This document shows positions 11,316-21,017 of a stretch of 64,000 nucleotides of DNA, piece by piece; the first letter of the stretch is position 1; each line of letters starts with the position of its first letter. Both the position numbers and the translations under genes were made by a program. This DNA is from Erythrobacter sp. (GTDB lineage Bacteria; Pseudomonadota; Alphaproteobacteria; Sphingomonadales; Sphingomonadaceae), in assembly GCF_039988855.1 (NCBI RefSeq), contig NZ_JBDXIY010000006.1:53072-117071 (forward strand). The letters are read 5' to 3'. The notes under the pieces were generated by a model, which was not told where the DNA came from, did no database searches, and worked only from the letters and a program-made list of their open reading frames with translations.

Positions 11316-12917
11316 TCATGGTTGTTGCTCGCTTTGACGGCGCGATTGGATGAGGATTTGAATGGTCAGCAGGAGGGCCGCTGCGAGGATGATGGCTGCC
11401 GGGAGGGGAATATCGCCAAGCACGCGCGGACCCCGATTGGCCACCATCAGCGCTGCCGAGGCGAGGTAGCTGCCGAGCGCGGCGATCGACAAGGCGACCT
11501 GCCTGACAGCATGGTCAAGCCTGTTTCCAGGGGCGAGAGATCCGCTCGGATGCCCTGCCGTCCCGGCGGAAACCCTTTGTAGCCACCCGGCGCCGATTGC
11601 GGGCGCCCGCCGGACCAATCGGGCGATTTCCCATTCGAGCCGGGGGGTATGGAGATTGCCGATAGCCGCGCTGCGTCGCTCCGCGAGCAAGCGGTTTCCG
11701 GTCGCCTGCAACACAAGCAGCAGATCCGCCTCGGGGTCGAGCTTCCGCAATGTACTTTCTGCCGTGAACACAGTGCGGACCAAGGCGGCCAGATGCGGCG
11801 GCAAGCTGAGTGTCCTGTGCCCCGACAACCGTCCGATATCGATCATGGTCTTGGCAAGAGACCATTCCGACATGGCAGCGCCCCGCAACTCCGCCAGGAT
11901 ACCGTCCACGCCCCGGGTAAGTGCCGCGCGGTCGGCAGTGACCGAAAGGAGACCGAGGTCGATCGCCGCATCGGTGAGCCATTCGGAATCGAGGTAAATG
12001 AACGCTGCCACAAAACCGAGCAGAGCCTCGCGGGTGCCAATGTCGAGCCTGCCGACAGCTCCGAAATCGTGCACGCACAGACGCCCGTCCGACATGATCA
12101 GCAAATTGCCCGGATGCGGGTCGGCATGAAAGGCACCAAGAACGAAAAACTGTTGCAGATAGAAATCGATGAAAGTCTCGGTGAGCGTATTGCCGCGCTC
12201 GATGGCCTCGCGCTCATCCAGCGGGGTGCCCATGCTGCGCTCCTGCGTAATGACGGAGGCGTCCGACATCTCGTCGACGACATCGGGAATGTAAACCGTC
12301 TCAGAATCAGCGAAAGCGCGGGCGAACAGGCGGATGTTGCGCGCTTCCTGCCGGAAATCGGTTTCCCTTTTCAGATTGTGCGAAAGCTCCTTCGCCAGTG
12401 CCGCCGCGCGGTGACGTCTCAGCGCAGGTATGACATGCTGAAACAGGTGCACCAATATGAGCAGAATGCGCATATCTCTTGCAATTTGCTCGCCCACTCC
12501 GGGCCGGAGGACCTTGACGACCACTTCGCGTCCGTCATGCAGCTTTGCGGCGTGGACCTGGGCTACCGAGCCCGCGGCCAGAGGGTCGCGTTCAAAACTG
12601 GCAAAGGCCGTTGCTGTGTTCGCGGCCAATGACTGCTCGATGATCCTTACCGCTGCATCGGCAGGGAAAGGAGCGGCCTTGCTTTGCAGGTTCGAGAGGC
12701 TCGCGGCCCAGTTCGCATCGAGGATATCGCGGCGCTCGCTCAGCGCCTGACCGAGCTTGGTGAAGGTCGGGCCGAGATTTTCGAGACGCCGCGTGGTCCT
12801 TTGCGGAAGCGTGGTCATGCGCCGACCGAACCCCATCCGATTCAGCATCATTGCGCTCAGCACATCCAGCAGGAGCCGGGTTGCTGTCCACATGATCTGA
12901 ATTCCCCGGATTATCAT
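11316..12917 (-). CDS. ABC1/AarF/UbiB-family atypical kinase
   Basis: LENLGPTFTKLGQALSERRDIL, AAGSVAQVHAAKL and FHADPHPGNLLI are ABC1-kinase hallmarks. TM helices are present at the C-terminus. Confidence 0.85.
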   Translation of the reverse strand: MIIRGIQIMWTATRLLLDVLSAMMLNRMGFGRRMTTLPQRTTRRLENLGPTFTKLGQALSERRDILDANWAASLSNLQSKAAPFPADAAVRIIEQSLAANTATAFASFERDPLAAGSVAQVHAAKLHDGREVVVKVLRPGVGEQIARDMRILLILVHLFQHVIPALRRHRAAALAKELSHNLKRETDFRQEARNIRLFARAFADSETVYIPDVVDEMSDASVITQERSMGTPLDEREAIERGNTLTETFIDFYLQQFFVLGAFHADPHPGNLLIMSDGRLCVHDFGAVGRLDIGTREALLGFVAAFIYLDSEWLTDAAIDLGLLSVTADRAALTRGVDGILAELRGAAMSEWSLAKTMIDIGRLSGHRTLSLPPHLAALVRTVFTAESTLRKLDPEADLLLVLQATGNRLLAERRSAAIGNLHTPRLEWEIARLVRRAPAIGAGWLQRVSAGTAGHPSGSLAPGNRLDHAVRQVALSIAALGSYLASAALMVANRGPRVLGDIPLPAAIILAAALLLTIQILIQSRRQSEQQP

Positions 12918-13181
12918 AGCCCGCTCTGACCTCTTGTGTCCTCACCATGATTGGACGCTCGAAATGCGGGTGGATTACTGTGCGGGGCTGGCCTGAGAAG
13001 GAGAACCCGCGCGGCGAAGTTGCTTCACTGACCGAGGGGTATTGCCGCCCAAGGTCTGCTCGCCGGTAGCGGCGTTTGTAATCAAGCGCTGCCAAAGGCG
13101 TCCATTCTCTACGCATTGACGATATTATTCGCGGCCGCGTCGATCGGTCGCGTTTGCAAAGACTGGAGCCGGGGAGACCCC

Positions 13182-14087
13182 ATGAAATATGCGGAAATGA
13201 TGGCGCAGCTTGTGGGTGGTGCCGGTTTTGTAGCGGCCCTCGACCAGTCCGGCGGCTCGACACCTGCTGCCCTTCAGGCCTTCGGCATCGACGCGGACCG
13301 GTATTCCGGCGAGGACGAGATGTTCGCGCTTATCCATGGATTGCGCGTGCGGATCATGAAAGCCCCATGCATCGATGGGCGAAGGGTGCTTGGCGTCATC
13401 CTTTTCGAGCGCACTATGGATGCGCAGATTGACACCGTACCGGTGCCAGAGTTTCTCTGGCGGCGGGGGATCGTGTCCTTCGTCAAGATCGACCAAGGGT
13501 TGGAGAAAGACACAGGCGGCGTCCAGCTCATGAAACCCATGCCGGATCTCGAAAGCCTGCTGTCCCGGGCGCGCTCAAGGGCCGTTTTTGGCACCAAGAT
13601 GCGTTCGGTGATCAACGTCGCATCGCACCAGGGGATCGGCGACGTCGTGCGCCAGCAATTCGAGCTGGCCAACCATGTCCTCGACCAGCGACTTGTGCCG
13701 ATTATCGAACCGGAAGTGAATATCGCAAGTGCAACGCGCCAAGAGTGCGAGAGTATCCTTCTTGCCGAACTCAGTAATGCGCTCGATGGGCAAGCCTATG
13801 GCCGCCGTGTGGTACTGAAACTCTCGCTGCCGGTTTCGGACGGGCTTTACGCGCCCCTCGTTGCCCATCCCAGCTGCGCGCGGGTGCTCGCCCTTTCGGG
13901 TGGGCTCTCCCAGGATGCCGCTTGCGCCGCGCTCGAAAGAAACCGCGGGATGATCGCGAGCTTCAGCCGGGCTCTGTTGCAGGATTTGCGGGCGCACATG
14001 CAAGATCAGGAATTCAACGATGTGCTCGGGCGCGCCGTCGAGCGCATCTACCGGGCTTCGACAGTCAAGCGTTTGGCCGATCGATAA
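13182..14087 (+). CDS. fba: Class I fructose-bisphosphate aldolase
   Basis: GFVAALDQSGGSTPAALQAFGI is the class I FBA N-terminal signature. The start is ATG 13182, with GGGGAGA upstream. Confidence 0.85.
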   Translation: MKYAEMMAQLVGGAGFVAALDQSGGSTPAALQAFGIDADRYSGEDEMFALIHGLRVRIMKAPCIDGRRVLGVILFERTMDAQIDTVPVPEFLWRRGIVSFVKIDQGLEKDTGGVQLMKPMPDLESLLSRARSRAVFGTKMRSVINVASHQGIGDVVRQQFELANHVLDQRLVPIIEPEVNIASATRQECESILLAELSNALDGQAYGRRVVLKLSLPVSDGLYAPLVAHPSCARVLALSGGLSQDAACAALERNRGMIASFSRALLQDLRAHMQDQEFNDVLGRAVERIYRASTVKRLADR

Positions 14088-14135
14088 GACGCCGCCAGTC
14101 CAACACAAGCCTAGATCCCTTATGCCTATTCTGCT

Positions 14136-14960
14136 CTAGTGCGCGAGAATCATCGGGATCGGGCTGTGCAGGATCATCTCCCGGGTGACCCCACCGAGTA
14201 TGGTTTCCCGGATACGCGAGTGCCCATAGGCGCCGAGCACGATGTAAGCCGCCCCAACATCGTTCGCCGCAGCCACCAACGCTTCAGAGATCGATGCATC
14301 TTCGGCGGGTTGCCGCCGGGTCTGCGCTTCGATGCCGTGTCGTGCAAGATATTGCGCAAGTTCGTCCGGCGACGAACCTTCTTTGTCCTCGCTGACGGTT
14401 ACGATGTGGACCTCAGCAGCATCGCGCAAGAGTGATCGGCTCAAGCGAACGGCATGCCCGGCTTCGGCGGATCCATTCCACGCAATGATCGCATTCCCCC
14501 TGGGCGCGAACCGCTTTCCGCCGAGCGGTACGACGAGCGAAGGAGACTGGATATGAACGACAAGATCGGCGACGAGCGGCGCGGCTCGCGGCAGGACGGC
14601 ATCTTTCTGCTCAGGCTGACTAATGACCACCAGATCGGCCAGCGTCGCGTGCGCAGCCAGCGCCTGTCCTGCGGAACCCTCGACGCGGCGCCATTCCCAC
14701 TCAACGCCTTCTTGCGCCAGGCGGCTCTCGATCAATTGGCGATCTTCATTTTCCGCATCGCGAACCGATTGCAACGCTTCGGGCGAAATATAGCTTGCAC
14801 CATACGGATCACCGATAAAAACATAGGAATTCCAGCTTGTGGCTTGCAGACAGATGAGGAGGCCCTTGTGATCTCGCACGAGATCGATCGCCGCAGCCAG
14901 GCGGCTGTCCTGTCCGGCGTCGCGATTGACGTGCAGCAGCACTGTTTTCATTTGTCTCAT
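14136..14960 (-). CDS. Tandem-domain universal stress protein
   Basis: Track ORF 14136..15224. The Usp-like region begins at MRQMKTVLLHVN. GGAAGGGA lies immediately upstream of ATG 14960. The C-terminal motif is LGAYGHSRIRETILGGVTREMILHSPIPMILAH. Confidence 0.75.
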   Translation of the reverse strand: MRQMKTVLLHVNRDAGQDSRLAAAIDLVRDHKGLLICLQATSWNSYVFIGDPYGASYISPEALQSVRDAENEDRQLIESRLAQEGVEWEWRRVEGSAGQALAAHATLADLVVISQPEQKDAVLPRAAPLVADLVVHIQSPSLVVPLGGKRFAPRGNAIIAWNGSAEAGHAVRLSRSLLRDAAEVHIVTVSEDKEGSSPDELAQYLARHGIEAQTRRQPAEDASISEALVAAANDVGAAYIVLGAYGHSRIRETILGGVTREMILHSPIPMILAH

Positions 14961-15238
14961 TCCCTTCCTGTAACCTTGCGAGCTTCGGCAAGCCGCCCGG
15001 CGCTCCGCTGGCGTGACGCATATCAGGCCACTCTTGGCAGATGCCTTGCGTTCGCCCCTGCTGGACCTGATCCAAAAGGACGCCGGAAGCCCGCGCGACT
15101 TACACTTTTCGGCGGCGCCTTTCGCTATCTCATTGCTGCTATGTAAGCCTTCGCGCGCCATTCCGTCCCTAATGGAGGGAAGCGCGCGCGGTTGAGCCGC
15201 GACTTCGCCCCATTCCTGCAGCAAGGAGCAATAGTCGC

Positions 15239-16438
15239 ATGTCGGTTCCGCAAACCCTCGATGATCTGGGCGAAATCGCTGGCCAAATTGCGCTGGTCCG
15301 GGTCGACTTCAATGTACCAATCGGAAACGACGGCGCGGTCGGTGATGATACGCGCTTGCGAGCGAGCTTGCCAACGGTGATGGCGCTCAGAAGGCGCGGC
15401 GCGGTAATCCTTTTGCTCTCGCATCTTGGTCGTCCCAAAGGAAAACCGAACGCGGCATTCTCGCTCGCGCCGGTTGCCAAAACCTACAGCTCCCTGCTCG
15501 GAGACGAGGTTCATTTTCTCGAAGACTGGACTGGCCCGGGAGCGCAGCGCGCGGTTTCCGAGCTAGAGGCGGGCGATGTTGCCTTACTGGAAAACACCCG
15601 CTTCTACGCAGGCGAAGAAAGCAACGATCCCGAGCTTGCAAGCGCGATGGCCGACCTTGCGGATTTTTATGTCAACGATGCGTTCTCGGCCTCACACCGG
15701 GCGCATGCATCCACGGTGGGAGTGGCAAGACTGCTGCCGAGCTATATGGGCCGCGCCCTGGAAGACGAGATCGGGGCGTTGCAATCGGCGACCGGGCTCG
15801 GGCGGCGCCCTTCCACCGCGATTATCGGCGGCGCCAAGATCTCGAGCAAGCTCAACGTCCTCGAGCAGCTCAGCACGAAGGTGGATAACCTCATCATCGG
15901 CGGAGCGATGGCGAACACCTTTCTTGCCGCGCTGAACAAGCCAATCGGCAGATCGCTCGCCGAGCGGAACCTCGAGGATGCAGCGCTACGAATTCTGAAG
16001 AGTGCCAGTCAGGGAAAGTGCCAGATCCATCTGCCCCAGGACGTCATGGTAGGCAGGGAACTGACGCCGCATCCCCTTTCGCTGCGCACGGCCCTGGTCG
16101 AAGATGTCGCCGCCGATGAGATGATCCTTGATCTGGGGCCTCTCACTGTCGCGAAAACTCTGGACGTGCTGCGATCCTCGCAGCTGCTCATCTGGAATGG
16201 CCCGCTCGGTGCATTCGAGACGCCTCCTTTCGAGACATCGACTTTTGCGATCGCCCAGGCGGCCGCCGAGCTGACACGAAAGGGATCGCTGACCTCGCTT
16301 GCCGGTGGCGGTGACACAGTTGCGGCCCTCAACAACAGCGGTCTGACTGCGGACCTCACCCACGTGTCGACTGGAGGCGGCGCATTTCTCGAATGGGTAG
16401 CTGGCATCGCGCTGCCCGGTCTGCAGGTCCTTACCTGA
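15239..16438 (+). CDS. pgk: Phosphoglycerate kinase
   Basis: 399 aa. RVDFNVP near the N-terminus, FYVNDAFSASHRAHAST and GGGDTVAA. AAGGAG RBS. Confidence 0.93.
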   Translation: MSVPQTLDDLGEIAGQIALVRVDFNVPIGNDGAVGDDTRLRASLPTVMALRRRGAVILLLSHLGRPKGKPNAAFSLAPVAKTYSSLLGDEVHFLEDWTGPGAQRAVSELEAGDVALLENTRFYAGEESNDPELASAMADLADFYVNDAFSASHRAHASTVGVARLLPSYMGRALEDEIGALQSATGLGRRPSTAIIGGAKISSKLNVLEQLSTKVDNLIIGGAMANTFLAALNKPIGRSLAERNLEDAALRILKSASQGKCQIHLPQDVMVGRELTPHPLSLRTALVEDVAADEMILDLGPLTVAKTLDVLRSSQLLIWNGPLGAFETPPFETSTFAIAQAAAELTRKGSLTSLAGGGDTVAALNNSGLTADLTHVSTGGGAFLEWVAGIALPGLQVLT

Positions 16439-16543
16439 CTGGGCCTTGAGCGGTATCTGGGTTCGGCGATCTTCCAGCGGGATAGATGTCGAAACGGGAC
16501 TGCGGCGAGCAACGGTGCTGACAAGGACGGCGGGACGGAAGGC

Positions 16544-17056
16544 GTGCGCCGGCGCGATTTTATCCATATCGCGCCCGTTGCGTTCGCGGGAACCGGTGCC
16601 GCAGCAGCCGTCTGGCCGCTTATCGACAGCATGAACCCATCGGCCGACGTGGTTGCACAAGCTACGATCGAAGTCGATTTGCAACCGATTGAGCCAGGTC
16701 AACGTATCACTGTGAGCTGGCGCGAGCAGCCGGTATTCATCGTGCGGCGCACAGCTGAAGAGATCGCGCGAGCCAGAGCCGACGATGCCTCTTCAGGGCT
16801 GATCGATCCAGAGACGGACGCTGCGCGCGTGCAGCGACCAGAGTGGCTTGTGGTGGTGGGCGTCTGCACGCATCTTGGCTGCATTCCGTTGGGACAGGGA
16901 GTGGGTGAAAATCGCGGAAGATATGGGGGATGGTTTTGTCCCTGCCACGGGTCAATATACGACAACTCCGGACGCGTGCGGAAAGGGCCGGCACCGAAGA
17001 ACTTGGTCGTTCCGCAATACGTGATCAGCGACGATCTAAAGCTCTCGATCGGCTGA
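16544..17056 (+). CDS. petA: Rieske [2Fe-2S] subunit of ubiquinol-cytochrome c reductase (PetA-like). No petB/petC follows.
   Basis: Tat-like RRRDFI N-terminus and Rieske boxes CTHLGC and CPCHGS. GTG start with GGAAGG upstream. No cytochrome b ORF lies downstream. Confidence 0.8.
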   Translation: MRRRDFIHIAPVAFAGTGAAAAVWPLIDSMNPSADVVAQATIEVDLQPIEPGQRITVSWREQPVFIVRRTAEEIARARADDASSGLIDPETDAARVQRPEWLVVVGVCTHLGCIPLGQGVGENRGRYGGWFCPCHGSIYDNSGRVRKGPAPKNLVVPQYVISDDLKLSIG

Positions 17057-17312
17057 TGAACTTGGGGGTGAGCCGGGCCGCCTCGAATGCGAGCAAGAAA
17101 TGCACCGACGACATCGGGGAACTTCGGAACTATGCAAAGTGCCCCGCATGCCAGGCAATGCACTTACACCTTTAGAGAATGCCCACCGTCCGTAGCCCCT
17201 TTTTCTCCAGTCTGCCTGCGCTGGTGCCGAGACGAGCGCGGACCAGGCTGAAAACCCTGAGCATCAATCCCCTTCGGTGAAACCATAGCAGCCAGCTCAC
17301 CCTTCTTAAAAA

Positions 17313-17981
17313 CTAGCGCACCGGCTCGCCCATTGGGGGGGAGGGTGAGACGGCGGTGTCTCTACGCAGAAAGAACATCAGGACGATCACGCTCATCGCC
17401 GCGGCAAAGAAGCACCAGACCGATATGAACCAAGTGAGATAGAACGCGCCTGCCGCAAGAAAGGAGACGATTGCTCCGACCCCAAACCAGTTGACCCAGC
17501 GATGGCTGGATAGCAGCGGGCTGACACAGGTGCCCAAGACATACAGTGTCATAACGATGCCAACGTAGAAGTGGGGGGATTCGTAGTCGATATGACCGTC
17601 GCCGGCTGTCGCGACGATTGGCAAGCGGATAAGGAAATAGAGCAAGTAGAGCCCAACCAGGGTTCCGCCAATCGCCGTCGCCATGAGGGCCTTTCGGCGC
17701 CAGGCTACCCTCTCGAGCATATAAACCGCCACCGGGACATAGATCGGCCACAGAACATGCGAAAAGATCGAATAGAGATAGGTCAGAACTGTCTTCAGCA
17801 CCGGCGCCTTGTCAGGAAATGTCAGCCAAAGTGCGCCCTCGATCAATTGCTGGACGCCAAACAGAATCGGAATCAGCGCGTAGGGTCTCTCGCCGCTGTT
17901 GCGCGCCATTCGCATTGTGAAGGCACCGGTTGCCAACAGCACGGTGCCGGCGGCGAAACTCGCTGTGGCGGAAAAACACAT
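17313..17981 (-). CDS. Polytopic membrane protein of unknown function
   Basis: 222 aa with about 7 hydrophobic helices. I recognise no catalytic motif. Confidence 0.55.
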   Translation of the reverse strand: MCFSATASFAAGTVLLATGAFTMRMARNSGERPYALIPILFGVQQLIEGALWLTFPDKAPVLKTVLTYLYSIFSHVLWPIYVPVAVYMLERVAWRRKALMATAIGGTLVGLYLLYFLIRLPIVATAGDGHIDYESPHFYVGIVMTLYVLGTCVSPLLSSHRWVNWFGVGAIVSFLAAGAFYLTWFISVWCFFAAAMSVIVLMFFLRRDTAVSPSPPMGEPVR

Positions 17982-18156
17982 ACAATCTAACCTCGCTGAT
18001 TGGACGCCCGAATATTTCTTCGTGCACCCATATTACACACGGGCCAAGTACCAAGCTTGCCGTGCGCTGTAAGTATGATTTCAGCTCGACCATGGTCTCG
18101 CTCGCAAGTACGGACGTTTGTGCACCGCGAGGTTTACAAGGCCCAGGGGAAAAACG

Positions 18157-18171
18157 GCACACCGTACGCAG
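18157..18171 (+). repeat. Left direct repeat (putative attL core)
   Basis: Exact 15-mer GCACACCGTACGCAG, followed by TAGCACTGC. The right copy is followed by CGGTAGCTGC. Confidence 0.65.
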
Positions 18172-18327
18172 TAGCACTGCTGTGTTTTGGGAAAAAGTGC
18201 AATAAAATCAGTGCGCGAAACGCTCAAAGTGCTCGGCAGAGAGGGCGCTGTTGAATGCCGTGCGGTCCCCGCAAATGACAGTATTTCCAAGGGTTCTGGG
18301 GGCAGTTTGCATGAGGGCGAATGCCAT

Positions 18328-19500
18328 ATGGTCCCCAAGCGTCGAATGTCTGCGCGCAGAGCGCTTCTCGATGGCAATTTTGCCCGCCGAGAACTGCCGC
18401 TGCGCGAACGCGAATACTGCATCTGGGACACTGAGCTTGCGGGCTTTGGATTGCGCGTAAGGCCGAGCGGCAACTACTTTTGGTTCGTTCGCTTACGCCA
18501 TCGCGGGAAGCATCGCCGCATCACCCTTGGCCGGACCGACGAGCTTGAGGCGGGGCTGGCAAGGGCGCAGGCCCGCCGCATTCTTGCGGAAGCCGCGCTT
18601 GATGGTTTGCCCAAACGCGCAGTGGTCAAGGCCACCCCGACGATGACCGATTTCGTTGAGGCCTATTGGGATGATCTTTCGCGCGTCTGGAAGCCCTCGA
18701 CCACCAAGCGGAACTGGGACGCTTGGCGGCTCACCATCAAGCCTACGTTTGGCGACACGCGCGTGGCGGACATCCTCCCACCAGACATCCACCGCTGGCG
18801 CGATGGATGCGCGGGAGAGAGCGAGGTGAAGTTCAACCGCGCCGTCCCCGTGCTCTCCGCGCTGTTCAAGTATGCCGAAGCGCTCAAGATGCGTCGGCCA
18901 GGTTCGAACCCCTGCCGAGGGATGCCACGATACAAGCGGCAAAGCGTCGAGCGCTATTTGACACCAGCCGAATATCGCCGGATCGGGGCAGCTTTGCGTG
19001 AGGCCGAGGCAGACCGACCGGCAGAGGTCGCAATCGCTCGCCTACTATTGTTTACCGGCGCACGCGTTGGTGAGATCAAGAATCTGCGCTGGGAGTGGGT
19101 GAAACCCCCACGACTTGTGCTGCCAGATAGCAAGACCGGCCCCAAGGTGATTTGGCTCAACACGCAGGCCCAGGATGTCCTTGCCGGGATCGAGCGGCGC
19201 GATGACAGCGCTCTCGTTTTTCCGAACCGGACCGGAAAATGTCCGCTGAACTTCGATACCTGGTGGTACAACTTCCGGCGGCGCTGCGCTTTGCCCGACG
19301 TTCGCATCCATGATCTGCGCCACAGCTTCGCCTCGACCGCGATCATGGACAACGTGCCGCTATCGACCATTGGCAAGCTGCTTGGCCACAAGCTGGTCGA
19401 GACGACCGCAAAATATGCTCACCTGTCCGATGACGTGATCGGCGAAGCCGCCGAGCGGGTTTCCGGCTCGCTGGCGCAAGCGATTGGCATCAGGCCATGA
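18328..19500 (+). CDS. int: Tyrosine-type site-specific integrase (P4-like, arm-binding N-terminus), copy 1
   Basis: FTGARVGEI (Arg), RIHDLRHSFAS (H-x-x-R) and LGHKLVETTAKYAHL (His..Tyr). I chose the start at ATG 18328. The track ORF begins at 18187. Confidence 0.88.
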   Translation: MVPKRRMSARRALLDGNFARRELPLREREYCIWDTELAGFGLRVRPSGNYFWFVRLRHRGKHRRITLGRTDELEAGLARAQARRILAEAALDGLPKRAVVKATPTMTDFVEAYWDDLSRVWKPSTTKRNWDAWRLTIKPTFGDTRVADILPPDIHRWRDGCAGESEVKFNRAVPVLSALFKYAEALKMRRPGSNPCRGMPRYKRQSVERYLTPAEYRRIGAALREAEADRPAEVAIARLLLFTGARVGEIKNLRWEWVKPPRLVLPDSKTGPKVIWLNTQAQDVLAGIERRDDSALVFPNRTGKCPLNFDTWWYNFRRRCALPDVRIHDLRHSFASTAIMDNVPLSTIGKLLGHKLVETTAKYAHLSDDVIGEAAERVSGSLAQAIGIRP

Positions 19501-20705
19501 CCGCCGCCAGTCTAAAGAAGATTGTCGAGGAGGCGCTTGCCGAGGTCGGGGCAACCGTAAACTTCAAGCTCGTTCCTAAAGGCAAGGCGCGGACCACGAC
19601 CTGGCTTGGTGTCGAGCACGGCTTTGGCATCCGGCATTATCCGAGCGGTCGAAACGTCTACATTGTGCAGACCCGCATGGCAGGTCGTATGCGCACGGTG
19701 ACAATCGGGCCTGCATCGGTCCTTACCCGCTACCAGGCGCAGATGGTTGCACGCCGCGTCATCGCATACGCGCAGGTCGGTCGCGATCCGGCGACCGAAC
19801 GCCAGCGCATCCGCTCCGCTCCTAGCTTCGCCGACTTCGTGACCGAGTATTGGGGTCGCTGGGCACCACGCTGGAAAGCATCGACCCTGGATACGCACAC
19901 CGGCTACCGACGCCGCTATATTGATGACGCCTTCGCTGGCGTCTACATTGACGAACTGAACGAGGGTTACGTCACCAGCTGGTTTGCGGACCTCAACAAT
20001 CGGACCGGGCCGGGAGCATCGAACCGGACTTTCGAAATCCTCAAGCACATGCTGAACAAGGCAGAGGAATGGGGCTACCGGCTCGAAAATACCAATCCAT
20101 GCCGTTCTGTTCGACCCAATCGCAAGCGCCAGTGCGAGCGCTTCCTTTCGAACGAAGAACTAGCCCGTCTGGGTGCCGAGCTGGCGAAGCTGCGATCATC
20201 GGACGACCGCACTAAGCAGTGTGTGGGCGCGGCTATCACGCTCCTGCTGCTGACCGGCTGTCGGAAGAGCGAAATCCTCACGCTCGAATGGAGCGATATC
20301 AAGGGCAATCGCCTGCACCTGCGCGACAGCAAGACCGGCCCACGAACGGTCTGGCTCGGATCGGCAGCCCGCGAAGTGATCGCCGGGCTGCCACGCTTCG
20401 AGAGGGTTCCATACCCGTTCTGGAATTACAGCTACCGCAAGCCACTTCGCTGTGTGAACGGATTCTGGCGCAGGCTCAGAGACGAAGCAGGATTACCCGG
20501 CGTTCGCATCCACGACCTGCGCCACACCTTCGCGAGTCACGCGGCGATGAACAAAGAGACATTGCCGATGATCGGACGTCTCCTCGGGCACGCCAATGTT
20601 CAGACCACGGCCCGGTATGCGCACTTGGACGACAGGCATTTGCTCGAAGCGGCACAGCAGATCGGGGATGCGGTGGGCGCCCTTATGGACACGCACAGGT
20701 GTTAG
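19497..20705 (+). CDS. int: Tyrosine-type site-specific integrase, copy 2
   Basis: LTGCRKSEI, RIHDLRHTFAS and LGHANVQTTARYAHL. ATGA overlap with integrase 1. Confidence 0.88.
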   Translation: MTAASLKKIVEEALAEVGATVNFKLVPKGKARTTTWLGVEHGFGIRHYPSGRNVYIVQTRMAGRMRTVTIGPASVLTRYQAQMVARRVIAYAQVGRDPATERQRIRSAPSFADFVTEYWGRWAPRWKASTLDTHTGYRRRYIDDAFAGVYIDELNEGYVTSWFADLNNRTGPGASNRTFEILKHMLNKAEEWGYRLENTNPCRSVRPNRKRQCERFLSNEELARLGAELAKLRSSDDRTKQCVGAAITLLLLTGCRKSEILTLEWSDIKGNRLHLRDSKTGPRTVWLGSAAREVIAGLPRFERVPYPFWNYSYRKPLRCVNGFWRRLRDEAGLPGVRIHDLRHTFASHAAMNKETLPMIGRLLGHANVQTTARYAHLDDRHLLEAAQQIGDAVGALMDTHRC

Positions 20706-20825
20706 CGCGCTAGAATATGTGGATAGCGCAGCAAAGTGCAGCACTATGCTGTATTCCGCTCCACCTTGCCAAGCTATCACGAAGACGGTACTGGGCTGGA
20801 ACGTAAAGAGAACAAAGGGGCTACG

Positions 20826-21017
20826 ATGGCTGACAAGATTCAAAGAATTTCGGTCAATCTGACTCCCAAGGAGGATGCTGAGCTTCGTCAATATGCTGAC
20901 CGACTCCAAGTCTCTTGCTCTTGGGTGGCTCGGCAAGCGATCGTTCAATATCTCGAAGAACACGCTGGCCCACAAAGTGAGCTTCCGTTGGCCCGAACGA
21001 CGGGAGGCGCGAAATGA
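20826..21017 (+). CDS. Ribbon-helix-helix (CopG/Arc/MetJ-like) DNA-binding protein
   Basis: MADKIQRISVNLTPKEDAELRQYADRLQVSCSWVARQAIVQYLEEH has the RHH beta-alpha-alpha pattern. AAGGGG RBS. ATGA overlap with the methyltransferase start. Confidence 0.7.
   Translation: MADKIQRISVNLTPKEDAELRQYADRLQVSCSWVARQAIVQYLEEHAGPQSELPLARTTGGAK

Noticed and set aside
18200-18212. Shared 8-mer AGTGCGCG in inverted orientation just inside both island ends (about 18201 and about 27108), considered as possible arm-type integrase sites.
   Set aside because: An 8-mer match between two ~100-bp regions is expected by chance at appreciable frequency.
20706-20825. GCAGCA / GCAGCA / TGCTG short repeats upstream of the RHH gene, considered as possible RHH operators.
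   Set aside because: These are only 5-6-mers, which is too short to distinguish from chance.
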